64,000 nucleotides of DNA from the human T2T-CHM13v2.0 reference genome, Homo sapiens. The notes beneath the pieces are model-generated. The model worked only from the letters and a program-made list of their open reading frames with translations, was not told the DNA's origin and ran no database searches. The position numbers and the translations under genes were made by a program. Shown here piece after piece: positions 16,470 through 42,572 of the stretch. Position 1 is the stretch's first letter; every line of letters starts with the position of its first letter. Where the stretch lies: assembly GCF_009914755.1 (NCBI RefSeq), contig NC_060931.1. One strand, given 5' to 3'.

Positions 16470-16893
16470 GACCTCAGTTTTTAAACTGTAAATTGCATTT
16501 TATTAAGTAGGGCTTGACAGGTAGAAAAAAATAATTAAAAAGGACATAAAAGAGGTGGGTTAAAAAAATTAATATGTAATCATATATTCCATTTGTTAAT
16601 AATTCTCATTTACTTTTTTCTTTCCCAGAGTGAGTTTAACAATTTTCTCAGGTGTATTTTTTATGGCTGAGTGATTTCAAACAGAATTTCAAGGCTTAGC
16701 TTTTCGATTACTAGCTACCAAGGAAAATTATAGGGAAAATCACTCTTTTATTTTGGTTTTAGAAAATGAATACATTTCCACAAGAAAATGTTGTAGCTAA
16801 TTGGTGAGTTACATAGATTCATGAAAACATCAGTTTCTTTTTTTGCAGGGTAAGTTTGTGACACTATCTCTGTTCTAGATCCCATTATTTTGA

Positions 16894-17210
<317 letters not shown>

Positions 17211-17921
17211 TGATTTCTGAGTTTCATGCTAAATTTTATGAGGTGAAACTTGGTACCACTTAGAAGTGTTCCCATATGACTAGTTGTTTACTACATGATT
17301 ATTAATGGAAATAATAAAATAATACATTTATTATCTGAAAGGAATAAATACTTTTACTTTTCTTATTGAAGTGTGAAGTGTAAGCAGCGTATAAATTCCT
17401 TTCCTTACAGTAACACCATGTTTGAGTAATTGTGCTGGATTTTTCAAACAGTTACTTTCAAAAACCAAGTGAATACCTTTGACATAGAAATCAAATCTTT
17501 AGCCTGGTGACTCCAAGCTAGGGCTAATATTGAGCCTGCAAAAGGATGTTATTAAAGGTCCAGTTAATTCTTTCTAGGGAGCCTCCCCTGCAGGTGTCCC
17601 AGCCTGTGCACCCCAGCCATGAAAGAATCCTTTATACTGAGGCTACAGAGCCCTAGAAAGCTGGGGACCCACAGGCAGATGCAGTTAAGGTTAAGAAGGA
17701 AGGAGATTGGGAGGGTTTTACTGAAGATGAAGTTGTTATTGTTTTGAGGCAGTTTCTAAACATTGTAAAATAAAGTTAGATTTATGTAAAAAATTTGAAT
17801 ACCAAACAAGCATTGCAACAGGAGGAAGTACCAACTATAAGATCTTTAAGGACTGCAAAGTCTAGGCAGACAAGGGCTTTCTTTCATAGGGAGGAGCAAA
17901 CAAGATTAAAAAGGAGATGGG

Positions 17922-18270
<349 letters not shown>

Positions 18271-18675
18271 TTAGATCAGAACATTTTTTACCCTGAACTC
18301 AGCATGTTCTTAAAAGGGACATAAAATGGGGTTCTATGTTGGCTCAGACTGAGGGTAGCTCAAAGTTCAGAAGCTTGTGGGAAGGAGATAAACTTTGATT
18401 AAGAAGTATTTTATTCTGACCACTGAAGACAAATCCAACTGATTTCTTAATGAGAAAAAGAAGATGTGGAGAGTTCATGTTTGGCTATGTGATAAGTAAG
18501 ATAAGAGAGTACTTACACCATCTAAGTCAAATGGACAGGGTGTTTTTTTCTGTAAACTGTTCCTGGAGAACACAAAAGATGGATAATTTTATTAATCACA
18601 GCTGTTTACCAGGATTGTCTATGTGCTTCATCTTTCCCCACCCCTTTTTTTGTTCTATACATTTCTTCTATTTGA

Positions 18676-20520
<1,845 letters not shown>

Positions 20521-20525
20521 TGTGT

Positions 20526-20831
<306 letters not shown>

Positions 20832-21547
20832 AAAATGTGAAGAATGTGACAAAACCTTCAAGTGGTTGTCACACTTGATTATAGGTAAGATAATTTATAC
20901 TGGAGAAAACTTAATAAGTAAAGAATGTGGCAAAACTGTGAAGCAATATCCACACCTTATTGCACAGGAAAACATTTATACTTGAGAAAGATTATACAAA
21001 TATAAAGAATATAAAAATGTCATTGATGTCTGCTCACATCTTAATCAACATCAGAATTTTTACTTAATTAGGAGCATTATAAATGCAATTACTGTCAAAA
21101 GATCTTTCAGAAACTATAACCCTTTAAAGTAAAAAGCATGTTTATGCTGAAGACAAATATTACAAATATAAGGATGGTGTAGTACCTTTACTTGTATCAC
21201 AAATCATATTGTACACATTTTATACTAGAGGAAAACCCTGAAGCAGTTGCTCAAACTTTGTTCAAAATCAGATAATTTATATTGGACAAAAATCTTGCAA
21301 ATGTAATAAATTTGGAAACACATTTTTTAAAAAACCATAGCCTAGAAAACAGAGAATTTATACTGAAATATATTTTTGCAGATGAAGTAAGTATGAAAAA
21401 TATTTAATTCACAGTCTATGTAAATATCAGAATTTACAGTAGAAATAAGTTACTGACACTTTAGATATTACACTAAATCAGAGTGTTCAGTATAGAAAAT
21501 ATAACTCAAGTTGTTAGATGATTTGTATATAACTGTAAAAGGAGTAA

Positions 21548-21870
<323 letters not shown>

Positions 21871-22199
21871 TTAAAAAGATTGCAGATTATTTGAAAAGCA
21901 GATAATGATGAATTCAACTCTCAAATTACATTATTATGTTTTTTCATTCCTATTGTATTCACATGTGAAAGCATGTAACGAATTGTTGCTGTGTCAGAGA
22001 TACGAGATTCTTTTTTATTAGGTGAACACTGATTTTTTTCTATAGAAGAGTAAGGGCATTAAAGCTTAAGATTTATAATGAAAATCTAAGTAGGTTCTTG
22101 GTGGTTAACTTATAATACTGAGTGATGAGGTAGGTGTTCAGAGTAATATTCTTCTGCATTATAGTGAGAGAAAGGCATTTTTAATTTTAGTTTAAATTA

Positions 22200-22508
<309 letters not shown>

Positions 22509-22774
22509 TTACCAATTTACTAATTGTACTTTTATGCAGTAAAATGCAGTACATTTAAAAATTTTTAGATTATGTGTGAACTTAATTTTTTAATTGTACA
22601 TTTTTAACATGTTAAGACTATTGTGCATTCAATAAAGTGTTATACCACTAACATTCACCTATTCCACCTTACTCAAGAGTGTAGGTAAAAGATAGTAACA
22701 GTATGTGATTTGGTAAAATAGTGGAATAATATCTCCAGTAATCTCTTTTGCCAGTGGCTTTAAACTGCAAATAA

Positions 22775-23239
<465 letters not shown>

Positions 23240-23994
23240 TGAATCAGGTATCTATCACCTCTAGCATTTATCCTTTGTATTACAAACAATCCAATTGTAC
23301 ACTTCTAGTTATATTAAAATGTACAGTTAAACTGTTAGTGACTACCAGGTCATTTTAGGTCATAATAAAAATTACATAGACATATACATAAATTTATACA
23401 TTTCTGAGTCCTAAATATTTTTCAAGTTTTATTATATTTTTCTATGAACATGTGCCCTCTCTTCCTGGAAACACAGACTTTTAATTTTTATTTACACAAA
23501 CATATATTACTATAAAGATAACTGTTAGGTGAAAGTAAATTATGAAGTAAGTGTGTGTGTAAGTATGAGTTTGTACTTATTTTCAGAGTAAAAAGCGATA
23601 TTGAAACAAAGCATTATTTTAATAAGCTGACTAATTTACTAGAAAACTAAAAACTTCAAAAATGCTGGAAACAAATCTATGATCTCTGCTTTATGTTGAA
23701 TTCATTACTGTAAAATATTAAGGCTTATGGTTCAGAATCTCCTCATGCAATTTTTTTTTTACTTGCCTGGTACTCATGCTAGACTTATAATTATCTTGTA
23801 TGTTATAATTTCTTTGTTATATAGTATATAAAGTACTCATTATATGAGCTGGTAAGGGATTATATGAATGATTTTAATAAAATCTAGTAGTGCACACAAA
23901 ATAATTTTTAGATGTAATTCCAAAATTAGTGTATTATGTTTTCAGTTAGAATATTCCATTTAATTGCAGAACCCTATATAAGCATACTATTCTT

Positions 23995-24351
<357 letters not shown>

Positions 24352-25054
24352 TGACACAAGTAAATTTATTTATTGAACCAATTTGTTCAGGTAAGTACAG
24401 GCTTTATAAGTCATGAGGATTTTTAAAAATATAAATGTAGCAAAAAACATGAAAGTGCTTGCTGTATAACAGATGCTCCATAATAAGCCATAAATATTTC
24501 TGCTGGAGTTAGTTTGTAACTTCAAGTCAGAGATGGAAAATATGAATTGTGAAGAAATAACTAACTATTCATGTGAAGAGAACATTTATTACAGGCTGCA
24601 AAGCTGAATTTTGCTGAATTTAAACAAATTCTGCTTCTGTTACATTCTAATTATCTTCAGTTTTGTCATTTTATTGTATTCCAACTATGTATGCATTACA
24701 GCCCGTCTCCTTTTTCTGTGTTGTGATTACAGTTTACTCACTGTTGTCTTCATGCCGTGTCATTTCACTTGGTACTTTGTAGGTTCTGATGAGAAAGTTG
24801 GTATTTTTTAATGCACTAAAAAATTGGTTTTAACTGGAGAGTTTATTAATATAACTTTCAGATCAGTTAATTAACATAATAGGCATACACTGTCGACAGA
24901 TGAGAGGATTAAATCAGTTAGCATTGTTTTCCTATGTGTGTAAAAGGAAAATTTTATTAGTTTCTTACACAAATTGTGGCATATATAAAATTTGCTAGAA
25001 AATATATCTTAGAAATTCTTAAGAGTTAATGGTGAGTGAAGAATTTTAAATTAA

Positions 25055-25359
<305 letters not shown>

Positions 25360-25362
25360 TAA

Positions 25363-25724
<362 letters not shown>

Positions 25725-26132
25725 CAAACATGTTTTGAAGTATGTATACATTGTCAAATGATTAATTCTTAATTGCTTTACCTCACATAGTTAACATTTT
25801 TCTAGTGAGAGAATCTTGTCTTCACATTTTTCAAAAATACGTTATTATGAATTAAAGTCACCAGCCTGCAAAATAAATCTCTTAAACTCATTCCTCCTAA
25901 CAAACTATAATTATGTATTCTTTAACAGATAACTTTCCAACCCCTTTTTTCTAAATATCTTAGCATCTGGTTGTCACCATGTTACTCTCTACTTCAATGA
26001 GATTAAGTTATTTAGAATCTATGTCTAAGTGAAATCATGAGATATTTATCCTTCTGTGCCTGGCTAATTTCAGCTAATATACTGTCTGCCAGGTTTAGCC
26101 ATGTGATTGAAAATAACAAAATTGTATTCTCT

Positions 26133-29280
<3,148 letters not shown>

Positions 29281-30574
29281 AGTATCCAGTTTCTTCAATA
29301 GCCTGACAGGCCGAAAATTCCTCTAAGTTGTTTCTTAGTGATGGACATTGGGAAAACTAAAATTCCTCTCACTCTGTCAGGTTAATAATCAGTCCTTTGA
29401 CCGAGATTATATGCCCCAAATATTTAACTTGCCATAAGCATAGCTAAAGTTTGTCTTCAGGCACTTTGTGTTCCTTGGTGGCTAACTCTTTGAGTAAATA
29501 TAGGCTATCTTCCTGGGAGAAAGATAGTGTGTCTGAACAAAGGAGAAGGTCTTCTACTGAATGAGTGTTGAGCCCTGGGTCTTTCCAAGTAAAGGCAACA
29601 AATACTGGCTGTCTGGATCTACAGGAATACTGAAAAAGGCACTACAGCGATCCACACTGAGAAACACTGGCTGGTAGTGGGTATAACTGATAGAAAGTAT
29701 GTGGTTGCAGACTATTGGGTGCCTGGGTAATACGACATTGTTTATTGACCTCTAGTCCTGCACAAATCTCCATCCTCTCCCACTTTTTTTTTTTTTATTG
29801 GGAATATAGGGTTGTTGCAGGGGCTTGTGCAGGGAATAATGAGCCCCTATTTCAGATAATCGTGTATTATAGGGGCATGTCCATCTATGGCTTCTTTTCA
29901 TAGAGGATACTGTTTAAGGTTGGGTAGGGGTTTTGGGGGGTTTATCTCTACCTTTATTGGAGTGGCTGAGTATACTTTTTTCTTTATCTGTATTTGACTG
30001 AGACCATAAGTGGGAGGGGACATCCTTGAGCAAGTGTTCCACTTCTGGGGTTAACAGAAAAATTAGAGAAGCTGAAAGGAGTTTTATTGTTTCCTGCTCT
30101 TTATTCCCATATTTTCTCTTCTCCCCTAGTATTTTCTCCTCTGTCTCCATTTTATTTGCCTGGTCACAAGATGATGTTTTAACATTACTAGTACTAAATT
30201 GTGGTACATTGTCAGGACATTTTTTAATTTGATATTTTTGGTCCCCTGGCTCCAATTATAAAAAAAGTTTACCTTTTGATGAAAAAGAGATATAGGCATC
30301 ATGGGTGTTGAGAAGATCATAGCCCAAAAGATTGACAGAGGCCGCAGGGCATATAAGAAACATATGGGACCTACTGAGCACGTCACACTTAGAGCCTGCT
30401 GTAAGGAATCTGAACCCCATGAAATGATAAGGTATAGGTTTCGACTTAAAACATAAGATCCTTTTATTAGACATACCTACCATGTTAATTCTTTCATTAT
30501 CCAAGGAATGGGGTTTTTAAATAAGGTGGGATTTATCAGAGATATAGTCATGCCAGTGTCAATTAAGGCAGTTG
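29281..30574 (-). pseudogene. ERV protease C-terminal half and RT N-terminal part (degenerate)
   Basis: ALIDTG; ASVNLLGYDLL (the NLLGRDLL-type protease motif); RT motifs with stops and deletions. Confidence 0.85.
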
Positions 30575-31125
30575 TGTCAAAGGCCTGTGAACCAGAACAA
30601 CTTCATCTTTAATAGGAGCTGGGTAAAATGAGGCTGAAACCTACTGAGCTGCATTCCCAGGTGGTTAAGGCATTCTAAGTCACTGGATGAGATAGGAGGT
30701 CACCACAAAATACAGGTCATACATACCTTGCTGGTAAAACAGATTGCAGTAAAGGAGCCAGCCATAATTCACCAAAACCAAAATAGCGACAAGAGTGACC
30801 TCTGGTCCTCACAGCTACACTCCCACCAGTGCCATGACAGTTTACAAATGCCATGGCAACATCAGGAAGTTACCCTATATGGTCTAAAAAGGGGAGGCAT
30901 GAATAATCCACCCCTAGTTTAGCATATCATCAAGAAATAACCATAAAAATGGACAACCACCAGTCCTCGGGGCTGCTCTGTCTATGGAGTAGCCATTCTT
31001 TTATTCCTTTACTTTCTTAACAAACTTGCTTTCACTTTGCACTGTGGACTCTCCCTGAATTCTTTATTGTGCAAGATCCAAGAGTTCTCTCTTGGGATCT
31101 GGATTGGGACTTTTTTCCTGTAACA
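30575..31125 (+). mobile_element. MER41A 5' LTR
   Basis: tgtcaaaggcctgtgaaccag...cctgtaaca. Confidence 0.9.
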
Positions 31126-32210
31126 TATTTCTGGTGACCACAGAACAGACTATATTGCAGAAACCCTGACCCAATGGCTACCTTTAGGTAAGTGTTGGGG
31201 TCCTGTAACATCTTTCTGGCAAACCTGGAAGGGACAATACTGAAGGAACTCTTTGGGTTGGGAAGGAAATAGACTGCAGCACTGATTGGATGACTTTGGG
31301 TTACCCGCATAAAGAATGGGATTGGGTTAGAGGCCCAACTTAGGGGAGTTAGAGTCTCCCCTAATACACAGTGGGTTAGAGGACCCTCTTAATAAAAGGC
31401 AAGGACGCTTGACTGACCTCAGGTTAGAGGCCTGACTTAGGAGGGTTAGAGTCCCTTCTAAGATTTAGGGAGTTAGAGGTCCCTTTCAGTAAAGTAAGAA
31501 CAGGTAAGAACAGGTTTGGCAACTGCTATTCTCTTTGGATTAAACTTTCTTGCAGTCTTTGCTGATGGCTGTGGGTGACAGGGTTAGGCATGTACAGGAT
31601 TGTGGGACATAGGGAGCTTTTTCGTCCCTAAAAGGGGAAACTTGAGAGCTGATGGGACTGCTGGAAAACATCCCCTTGCTACCAACAAGCGGCTGCCTGA
31701 ACTTTTCATTGTCGACCCACATGAGTGGGTCTTTTCTCTGGCCTCCCTAAGCATTTCACCTTCCCCACCCTGCCACAGGCAATACTTTCCTTCTCTACTT
31801 TTCCTTTTTTATCTTTTCTGTTACTCAGGGCAACCTTATTGCCCAGAGACCACATGTTGAAACTCCAAGTTGGAGGTTGAATTAAAGATGATGAAGCCCA
31901 TCTGGAGGCAAATTTAAGCCTTGTCAGTTGATATTGGGCACTAAGCAGAGTAGCTTATGTCTGTGTTTTATCACACGTATTTTGCTCTGGCCAGAATGAA
32001 AAAAAAAAATTTTCCTTTATGATGTGACTTGGCCCCCAGGGCAATGGTGCCACAAGCCTGATCACTGGGGCCACTCAGGGTAAAGGAACCCAGAAGCCTG
32101 GCATGCCGTCAAAAGGGTAAAAATTTCTTAGTAGTCAGATTTCTGGCTTCTCTCTCTCTCTGCGCAAATGGTTGAATGAATGGTTAAAAATAAAAATTAA
32201 AAATAAGTGT

Positions 32211-32510
<300 letters not shown>

Positions 32511-32633
32511 ATAAGTGTTTATCTTCTCTGTAAAGCTTTGACTAATGCAAAAAAGAATTCTAAGGGTAGTCTTAAGCTGGTATATTTTGTGCTACAGATT
32601 CATTTTTCTGTGTCAAGGGGTACTTCAGGATAA

Positions 32634-32950
<317 letters not shown>

Positions 32951-33850
32951 TGTAAGCTGCTTCTCAAGACATCCCAGCAAGCTGGTTAGTAACAAACTTG
33001 GCTGCAGGTCCCTGAAACAAACAAAAAACTGGATGAAGTCTCCAACTTGTTTTATGTCCTTGGGAGCTTGACCTTTTAATCACGTGGTGGTACTTTCTCT
33101 TGATCTCAACCTTCCAGGGAACAGGAATTTTAGGGTTCATGTCATAGTTAGCTCTAAAAATCATATTAAATAGTTAAAAAGCCTTTGCAAGCTCAAAATT
33201 AACTACTCTAGGCTCCTAGGAAAGGAAATGAAGACTGTCTTATGCTGTAGCTCAGTAGCTAAGGTTTTTGCACTTTCACAGTGGCGGTCCAGGTTTGATT
33301 CCCCACTTAGGAAGTAAGTCGTTTTTGGTTTAATATCTGCGTGACCTTGTCTATTCTCTTCTTCTCTGCAGACTGTCTTAAATTTTTCTTTCTCTAAGCA
33401 CCTGGGCAGTTATCTTTGGTTAAGTTTAAAAAGCCAGAAATATCAGCCATTTGGCATAAAAAATCCTAAAAGGACTTTATTAAAGAGTGCTATGATTAAA
33501 ATCAGTTTAATTAAAAGTGAATGTTCAAGCTTTAACAGCCTGGACTCCTTGGGAAAAACAGGAGGCACCAGAGACCCCTTTCCTGGCCCTGTTCTTCCAA
33601 GGGCTCCACCCTAAAGTCAGTAATCCAATTAAGACTTAAAAACTGGCAAATGAAAAATCTTACAACTACTGTAGTAATCTTCTTCTGTCCTTCTGTGTAG
33701 CTATAGATGTGTTGTGTATAATGTTTATATAAAAGGGCTCTAATTAATTGGTTGAAACAAAAATAAGTGCTTAAATGCAATATTATAAAAGCAAAATAAA
33801 AACTGTAATGCCTTTTAGTTCATGTAACTTTAGTAATCTTTGGGAAATAA

Positions 33851-34208
<358 letters not shown>

Positions 34209-37111
34209 TAAAAGTTATTGATAAGATAAAAACATTTAGACTAAATTATGCCGGTCAGATATTAAGTTTGTTAAATGCTTTAAGGTTATCAACTGCTTCT
34301 TTAACTTTTAAAAATTGTTCAATTTACTTACCCTAAAGCCATTAGATTCTAGATAAGGCCTGGGAACATGTTCTAGATAAGGCCTGGGAACATGTGGAAT
34401 TACCCATTCCTCCTAGCTATACAAAGAAGATTATAAAGAAAGAGATTTTATAAGAAAGGATCTTGTATAGTAAATTCTTGTCCTAAAGTAAAATGACTGG
34501 TTGTTTAAAAGGAGGGATGTTTAGGGCAAGTCAAAAAATCCAAGAATGCCTCAAATAGTCTGTGTAACTCATGAAAGGATTTGTGAAAGGGAATTTATGC
34601 AAAAAAATGTTGTACAATTCAAAGGTTGTTAGGCCTCCTAAATGCTTCATAAAATGCCAGTATAACTCTTACTGTACAACTTGCCTGCTTAATTGAGATA
34701 AGGCCTAGGGACATGTGGAGTTAGCCACGCCCCCTAGCTATGCTGGAGAGTCAACCCTTATTTGCACTTCTGCCTGGTGTGTCCTAGGCTAGGATCCACA
34801 CCTAGTACACAATTAAAATCCCTTACTTACCAAGGTTTTCACCAAAAATAAAAGTTCCTAAGAGTTAACATTATAACATGTAATTGAAACTACTAAAGAA
34901 ACAATTCTACATGCAAGGTGTTTTTTGGTGAAAGTTTATAAGAGGTCATGGAAATGTGGATTTTTTTCTGCCTAGATTGAAGTGTTAAAAGATTGTTTTA
35001 AGTAAGAAAAAAATCTAAAGGTTTAAACAAGTTGTGGAAGGTTTATAAAATTAATTGTAAGAGATCCTGTGTGTGGACATATTGGCTAAAGTTAAAGGGG
35101 TATTATTCAGTTTTCCATAAATTAAACATTGGAATAAAAGCACAATAGGTTTTTCTAAAAGTACTGATCTGCTCTTTCACACCAATCAATGTAAAAGTTT
35201 ATAAAAGGTTTATAAGAATCTTACCTTATGGTTAAACATTAAAATTGGGTAAATATGTCTATTAGGTTTTATTGGGTTTGACATTAATAGTACATTAATG
35301 TAAAGATGAAATTTGGCTTATGTGGTATAAAAATCTTACAGGACGCATCAAATTTGAAATGATGTTTTCCTTTTTTTGGACTATATTTGCATAAATTTGT
35401 TATTGGTATATGTTCCAAAGTTATGGGAAACTTCTATTATTCTAATATGACAGTGTATGTTATTAATAATTATCATTGTTATGTAAAATTTTGTGTGCCA
35501 CAGAGGTAACCAAATTTCCTTATCAGTTGTGGCTTTAATAGTGGCTATCCTAAAACTTTTTATTATCCATAGATAGTTGTTTAATCCTCTTTAGAAGATG
35601 GCTTATAATCAACTATAGAACTAGCAGGTGTTCTTAAATGCAGGTTTCTAATAACTTTGGAAATTGTAACATTGGAATAAAGGAAACAACTTTTAGAACT
35701 CTCATTAAGAGGTGGAGTGTTCATGAATGGAATGTTCAGTTAACAGGAGTTAACTGAATTAACTGAACCAATAGAAAACTGAAGTAATCTTTTTAACTTT
35801 GATTAAAACACTTCTGATCTTTTGTTTTGTTTTTCAGAGTCAAGGAAACTTTTCTTTTGAGCTAGTTACAGCTTTTAACAGTTGAGGTACTCCTATGAAC
35901 AAAATTTGGAACATATTTATTTCTCTCTACCTGATTTCTTCAGAATTTGGAAACTAGTTTTGAATGTTCTTAACTTACAGCAATATAGTTATCTGCATAA
36001 GGGCAATAAGAATCTGTTTTCTTTTACAACAGGACACAATTGGAGAAACTGGTTATTTTACCAAGGCTTTGACTGGAATGATGTGCTTTCCTTTAAGGAA
36101 TCAAACTTGACTTGTAGAGCCAGTAAAAGCCCTTTGGGGAACTGGGCTCATACCTTGCCTACAACAGTCCCTGTACATGGTTTCTTATCTGTGGTAAGTA
36201 AATAATGTCACTTTCTGACAGGTCCAGAAGCCCCAAGTTATCTTGGGACCCCAAGAGGAGAAGAATTTACTCAACTCATAGTTATTGGAGGGTACAAACT
36301 GATGGCTGAGCTTGGCTTTAAAAAGTCTTATATAAGATTCCTTCTATGGAACAGAATTCCATCAAAGCCAATTTAAAAAGAGCCGATGTGAAAAATAATT
36401 ATTCTTACTGCACTTTATACAAATAATCAGGCCAAGTATAATAAAGAAATTTGTCTTACCATGATTTGCCATTAGTAAAAATGGGAAACTGGAGAGAGGG
36501 ATATTATGTTTCAAAAACTACAGTATACTTGTTATTAGATTCTAGTCTCATTAGTTGTTTTTAAGTTTGTTTCTGCAATTTAGGCTAACCCTGCTTATTC
36601 CTGTGAACCAACCAGTGATCTCTGACTGCTGCTCAGAAGAAACAAGAGGGATAGGTAATATAAAAATCTGGATCAATATTCTTATTCTGGGCACATTGCA
36701 ATCAGCTAGCAACCCCATATCATCTTGGTTTCAACAGTTGCCCAGTTCACAGAAAGCCTTCTAATTTAGTTTACTTTGAATAACTTTACTTATTTTGTCT
36801 CACTCTTGTGAAATGTATTGCTGTTATACTCTGTGTAGAAATACAGGACAAGCTTACTGAATGTTTCCTTAAACTAAACACTCCTTAATGTTCCAGATAC
36901 CACCTTTTGTTGAAACTCAAGAGTTATAAAGGGACCTTACCATACTGATACCTTCTTACTGAGCTCCTCTCTACCCTGAATGCAAGAGACCCTCATAGCT
37001 AGGCAGGAATATTATCACCCCTATTCATCATGAAGAAGTTACAGAAGATGGCTCTTCATCCCTCTGAAACCCTTAGGGCTAATGGTTCTCTTATAAAAGG
37101 GAGGGGGGAAA

Positions 37112-37658
37112 TATCAGAGGTGTGTGAACCAGAGCAACTCCATCTTGAATAGGAGCTGGGTAAAATGAGGCTGAAACCTACTGGGCTGTATTCCCAGATG
37201 GTTAAGGCATTCTAAGTCACAGGATGAGATAGGAGGTCACCACAAAATACGGGTCATACATACCTTGCTGGTAAAACAGATTGCAGTAAAGGAGCCAGCC
37301 ATAATTCACCAAAACCAAAATAGCGACAAGAGTGACCTCTGGTCCTCACTGCTACACTCCCACCAGTGCCATGACAGTTTACAAATGCCATGGCAACATC
37401 AGGAAGTTACCCTATATGGTCTAAAAAGGGGAGGCATGAATAATCCACCCCTTGTTTAGCATATCATCAAGAAATAACCATAAAAATGGACAACCAGCAG
37501 CCCTCAGGGCTGCTCTATGGAGTAGCCATTCTTTTATTCCTTTACCTTTTTAATAAACTTGCTTTCACTTTGCATTGCAGACTCTCCCTTAATCCTTTCT
37601 TGCGCGAGATCCAAGAACCCTGTTTCAGGATCTGGATCAGGACACCTTTCCTGTAACA
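37112..37658 (+). mobile_element. MER41A 3' LTR
   Basis: Follows the PPT; homologous to 30575-31125. Confidence 0.9.
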
Positions 37659-37756
37659 GTTTTAAGCTCATGGTTTATTATATTAATCTCTCTCAATTTG
37701 TTCATCAGGATAGAATATTTGGAGAGGTGAAACTTCTGTACTTCCTCAGAGCACCC

Positions 37757-39544
<1,788 letters not shown>

Positions 39545-40135
39545 AATTTAGAGCTCCTCTTCAGATTTGATCAAGTAGGGACATGTGTCAAACCCAAAAT
39601 GTGCTGCTTTCAGACCTAGCTTTTCAGGGCCGTTACCCCCTGAACCGGTTCAGTCCACCTGTGTCGAAGCTACTTGGCACAAATGTGTCAGGGGCTCAAG
39701 GTGCAGTAGGGTTTGGCTCGTTATATGCCCCTGCTAGATGAGATTGGATTCTAAATATGTTCTTCTGAAAGGGGAAACCTATTTAGAACATCTGCACGTT
39801 TTAGGGAGCATTTCTCCTAGACACCCTCACATGATTCCCAGTCATCTGAGAATGCCCCAAAAGGCTGAGGGGAGCAAGGTGCTGTATTTCTTCAGAGTGG
39901 AAGATTACAAACTCATGAGCTAGAGGGTTCAAAGTTGGTCAAATCTGATAAGGGAAAGGACCAAAACACACACATACACAACACACACACACACCAAAAA
40001 ACAAAAACAAAAACGTTAAGCATAACAACAATCACACAAAATATACAGTTTCTGAGTGCTCTAAGTGTAGGCAGGAAATTAACAACAGCTAGTTGTTAAT
40101 GCTATTATGCTATTTCAGTCATTTAAAAGAATTTG

Positions 40136-40825
<690 letters not shown>

Positions 40826-41064
40826 CTACTGATGGGGCCCATGCTGGAGAAGACTCTCTGCCGATGCAGAAGCAAAAGAGTCTTTTTAACAGCAAATAAA
40901 CCTCCGACCCCCAGCTGAAAAACGCGGAAAATCAGGGATCCCTGGAGAAAAGGGGTCCCAGACTTCCGTAAATTTCCTGTCGGTTCGGGCCATAAGGTGC
41001 CCAAGCCGGTACCAAGCACTGAAAGGTGAACTGCCACAAGCCAGGTAAGTCACTTTCAGTCAGG

Positions 41065-41082
41065 ATCCCTCTGTGGTTACCA
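41065..41082 (-). other. Primer-binding site, tRNA-Arg(TCG)-like
   Basis: TGGTAACCACAGAGGGAT two nt after the LTR; the recalled tRNA-Arg-TCG 3' complement is TGGTAACCACGGAGGGAT. Confidence 0.75.
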
Positions 41083-41084
41083 GA

Positions 41085-41590
41085 TGTCAGTCGAAGTAAA
41101 CAACGAAACACATCTCAGTCATTTTAGGAAATTTATTTGCCAAAGTTAAGGACACACCCAGGAGACAGGTCTATGCCTTTTTCTGAAGATGATTTTGAGG
41201 GCTCCAAATTTAAAGGGGAAAGGGTGGGATATTGAGAAGCACACAGTTTTTACATAAAAGGGGGCAGAAGAAAAATGTGGGGAATCTGCATTTTACATAA
41301 CAGACAAAATGGGGTAGGAAAAAAATCAGATATGCATTTGTGTCCGGCGGGCCAGGGTGACTGCACCTGTAAAGATAAGCTATCAAGTTGCATTGCCATG
41401 GTGAAGTTTTAACATCTCACCAGGAATTTTCTTGTGTGCAAAATATGGGGGAGGTGTGTAGCCTTTCATCTTGTAACCATCTTATTTAGGAACCAAAAGG
41501 GGGAGACAGATTTGTGAGACCCAGTTTCCAGCTTGACATTTCCCTTCAACTAAATGAGTTTGGGGTCCCAAAATTTAATTTCCTTTCACA
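41085..41590 (-). mobile_element. MER4A-type LTR (5' LTR)
   Basis: Minus strand starts TGTGAAAGGAAATTAAATTTTGGGACCCCAAA and ends ...GACTGACA. Confidence 0.85.
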
Positions 41591-42277
41591 TTCTGTATAA
41601 AATAAGTAAAACCATGACTAAGATTATCTCAGGAGTACAGGATAAGTTGAACACTAAAATCTATACATGTATATAAAATAGGCACAGAAAAGAGCTCGGT
41701 AAAAGCCTTCCAGCAAACTAGAAATAAAAGATGTGATTTTATATTGTAAATATACAAGGTATCTAAAATAAACTACAGCAAATATACATAATAAACTATT
41801 AAAAGCTTGTTTTTTAATGTCATAAACATGATAATGATGCTGCTGTAAACATTTTTGTTAACTATTGCATCTGTGGTTCCAGTCAACAGATTAAAATGAG
41901 AAATGAGTTATACAATTATACTTGCAAAGAAGAATTAGTCAATAAACTAGTACCTAAACAATTGGTTCTACCTAGGTAGACTGGATACCTGAAAAGCAAC
42001 TCACACAAAAAACTTGTTCACATAGATTAAGGAATTAAAACTTTTAGGAGAAAATACAGGAAAATATTATAACTGGGGTAAAAATTTTCTAAACATGGCA
42101 CAAGATAAAAATAATGCATAAAAATATTTATAAATTAGACTATCAATTTTAAACTTGATTATTAATGTATAAAAACATGTTTTACTACAGATAATGCAAA
42201 GGCAAAGCAAAATTGGGAGAAAATATTTTTAAAAGACATACTACAAAAGATTGATATTTAAAAATATATATATTACA

Positions 42278-42572
<295 letters not shown>

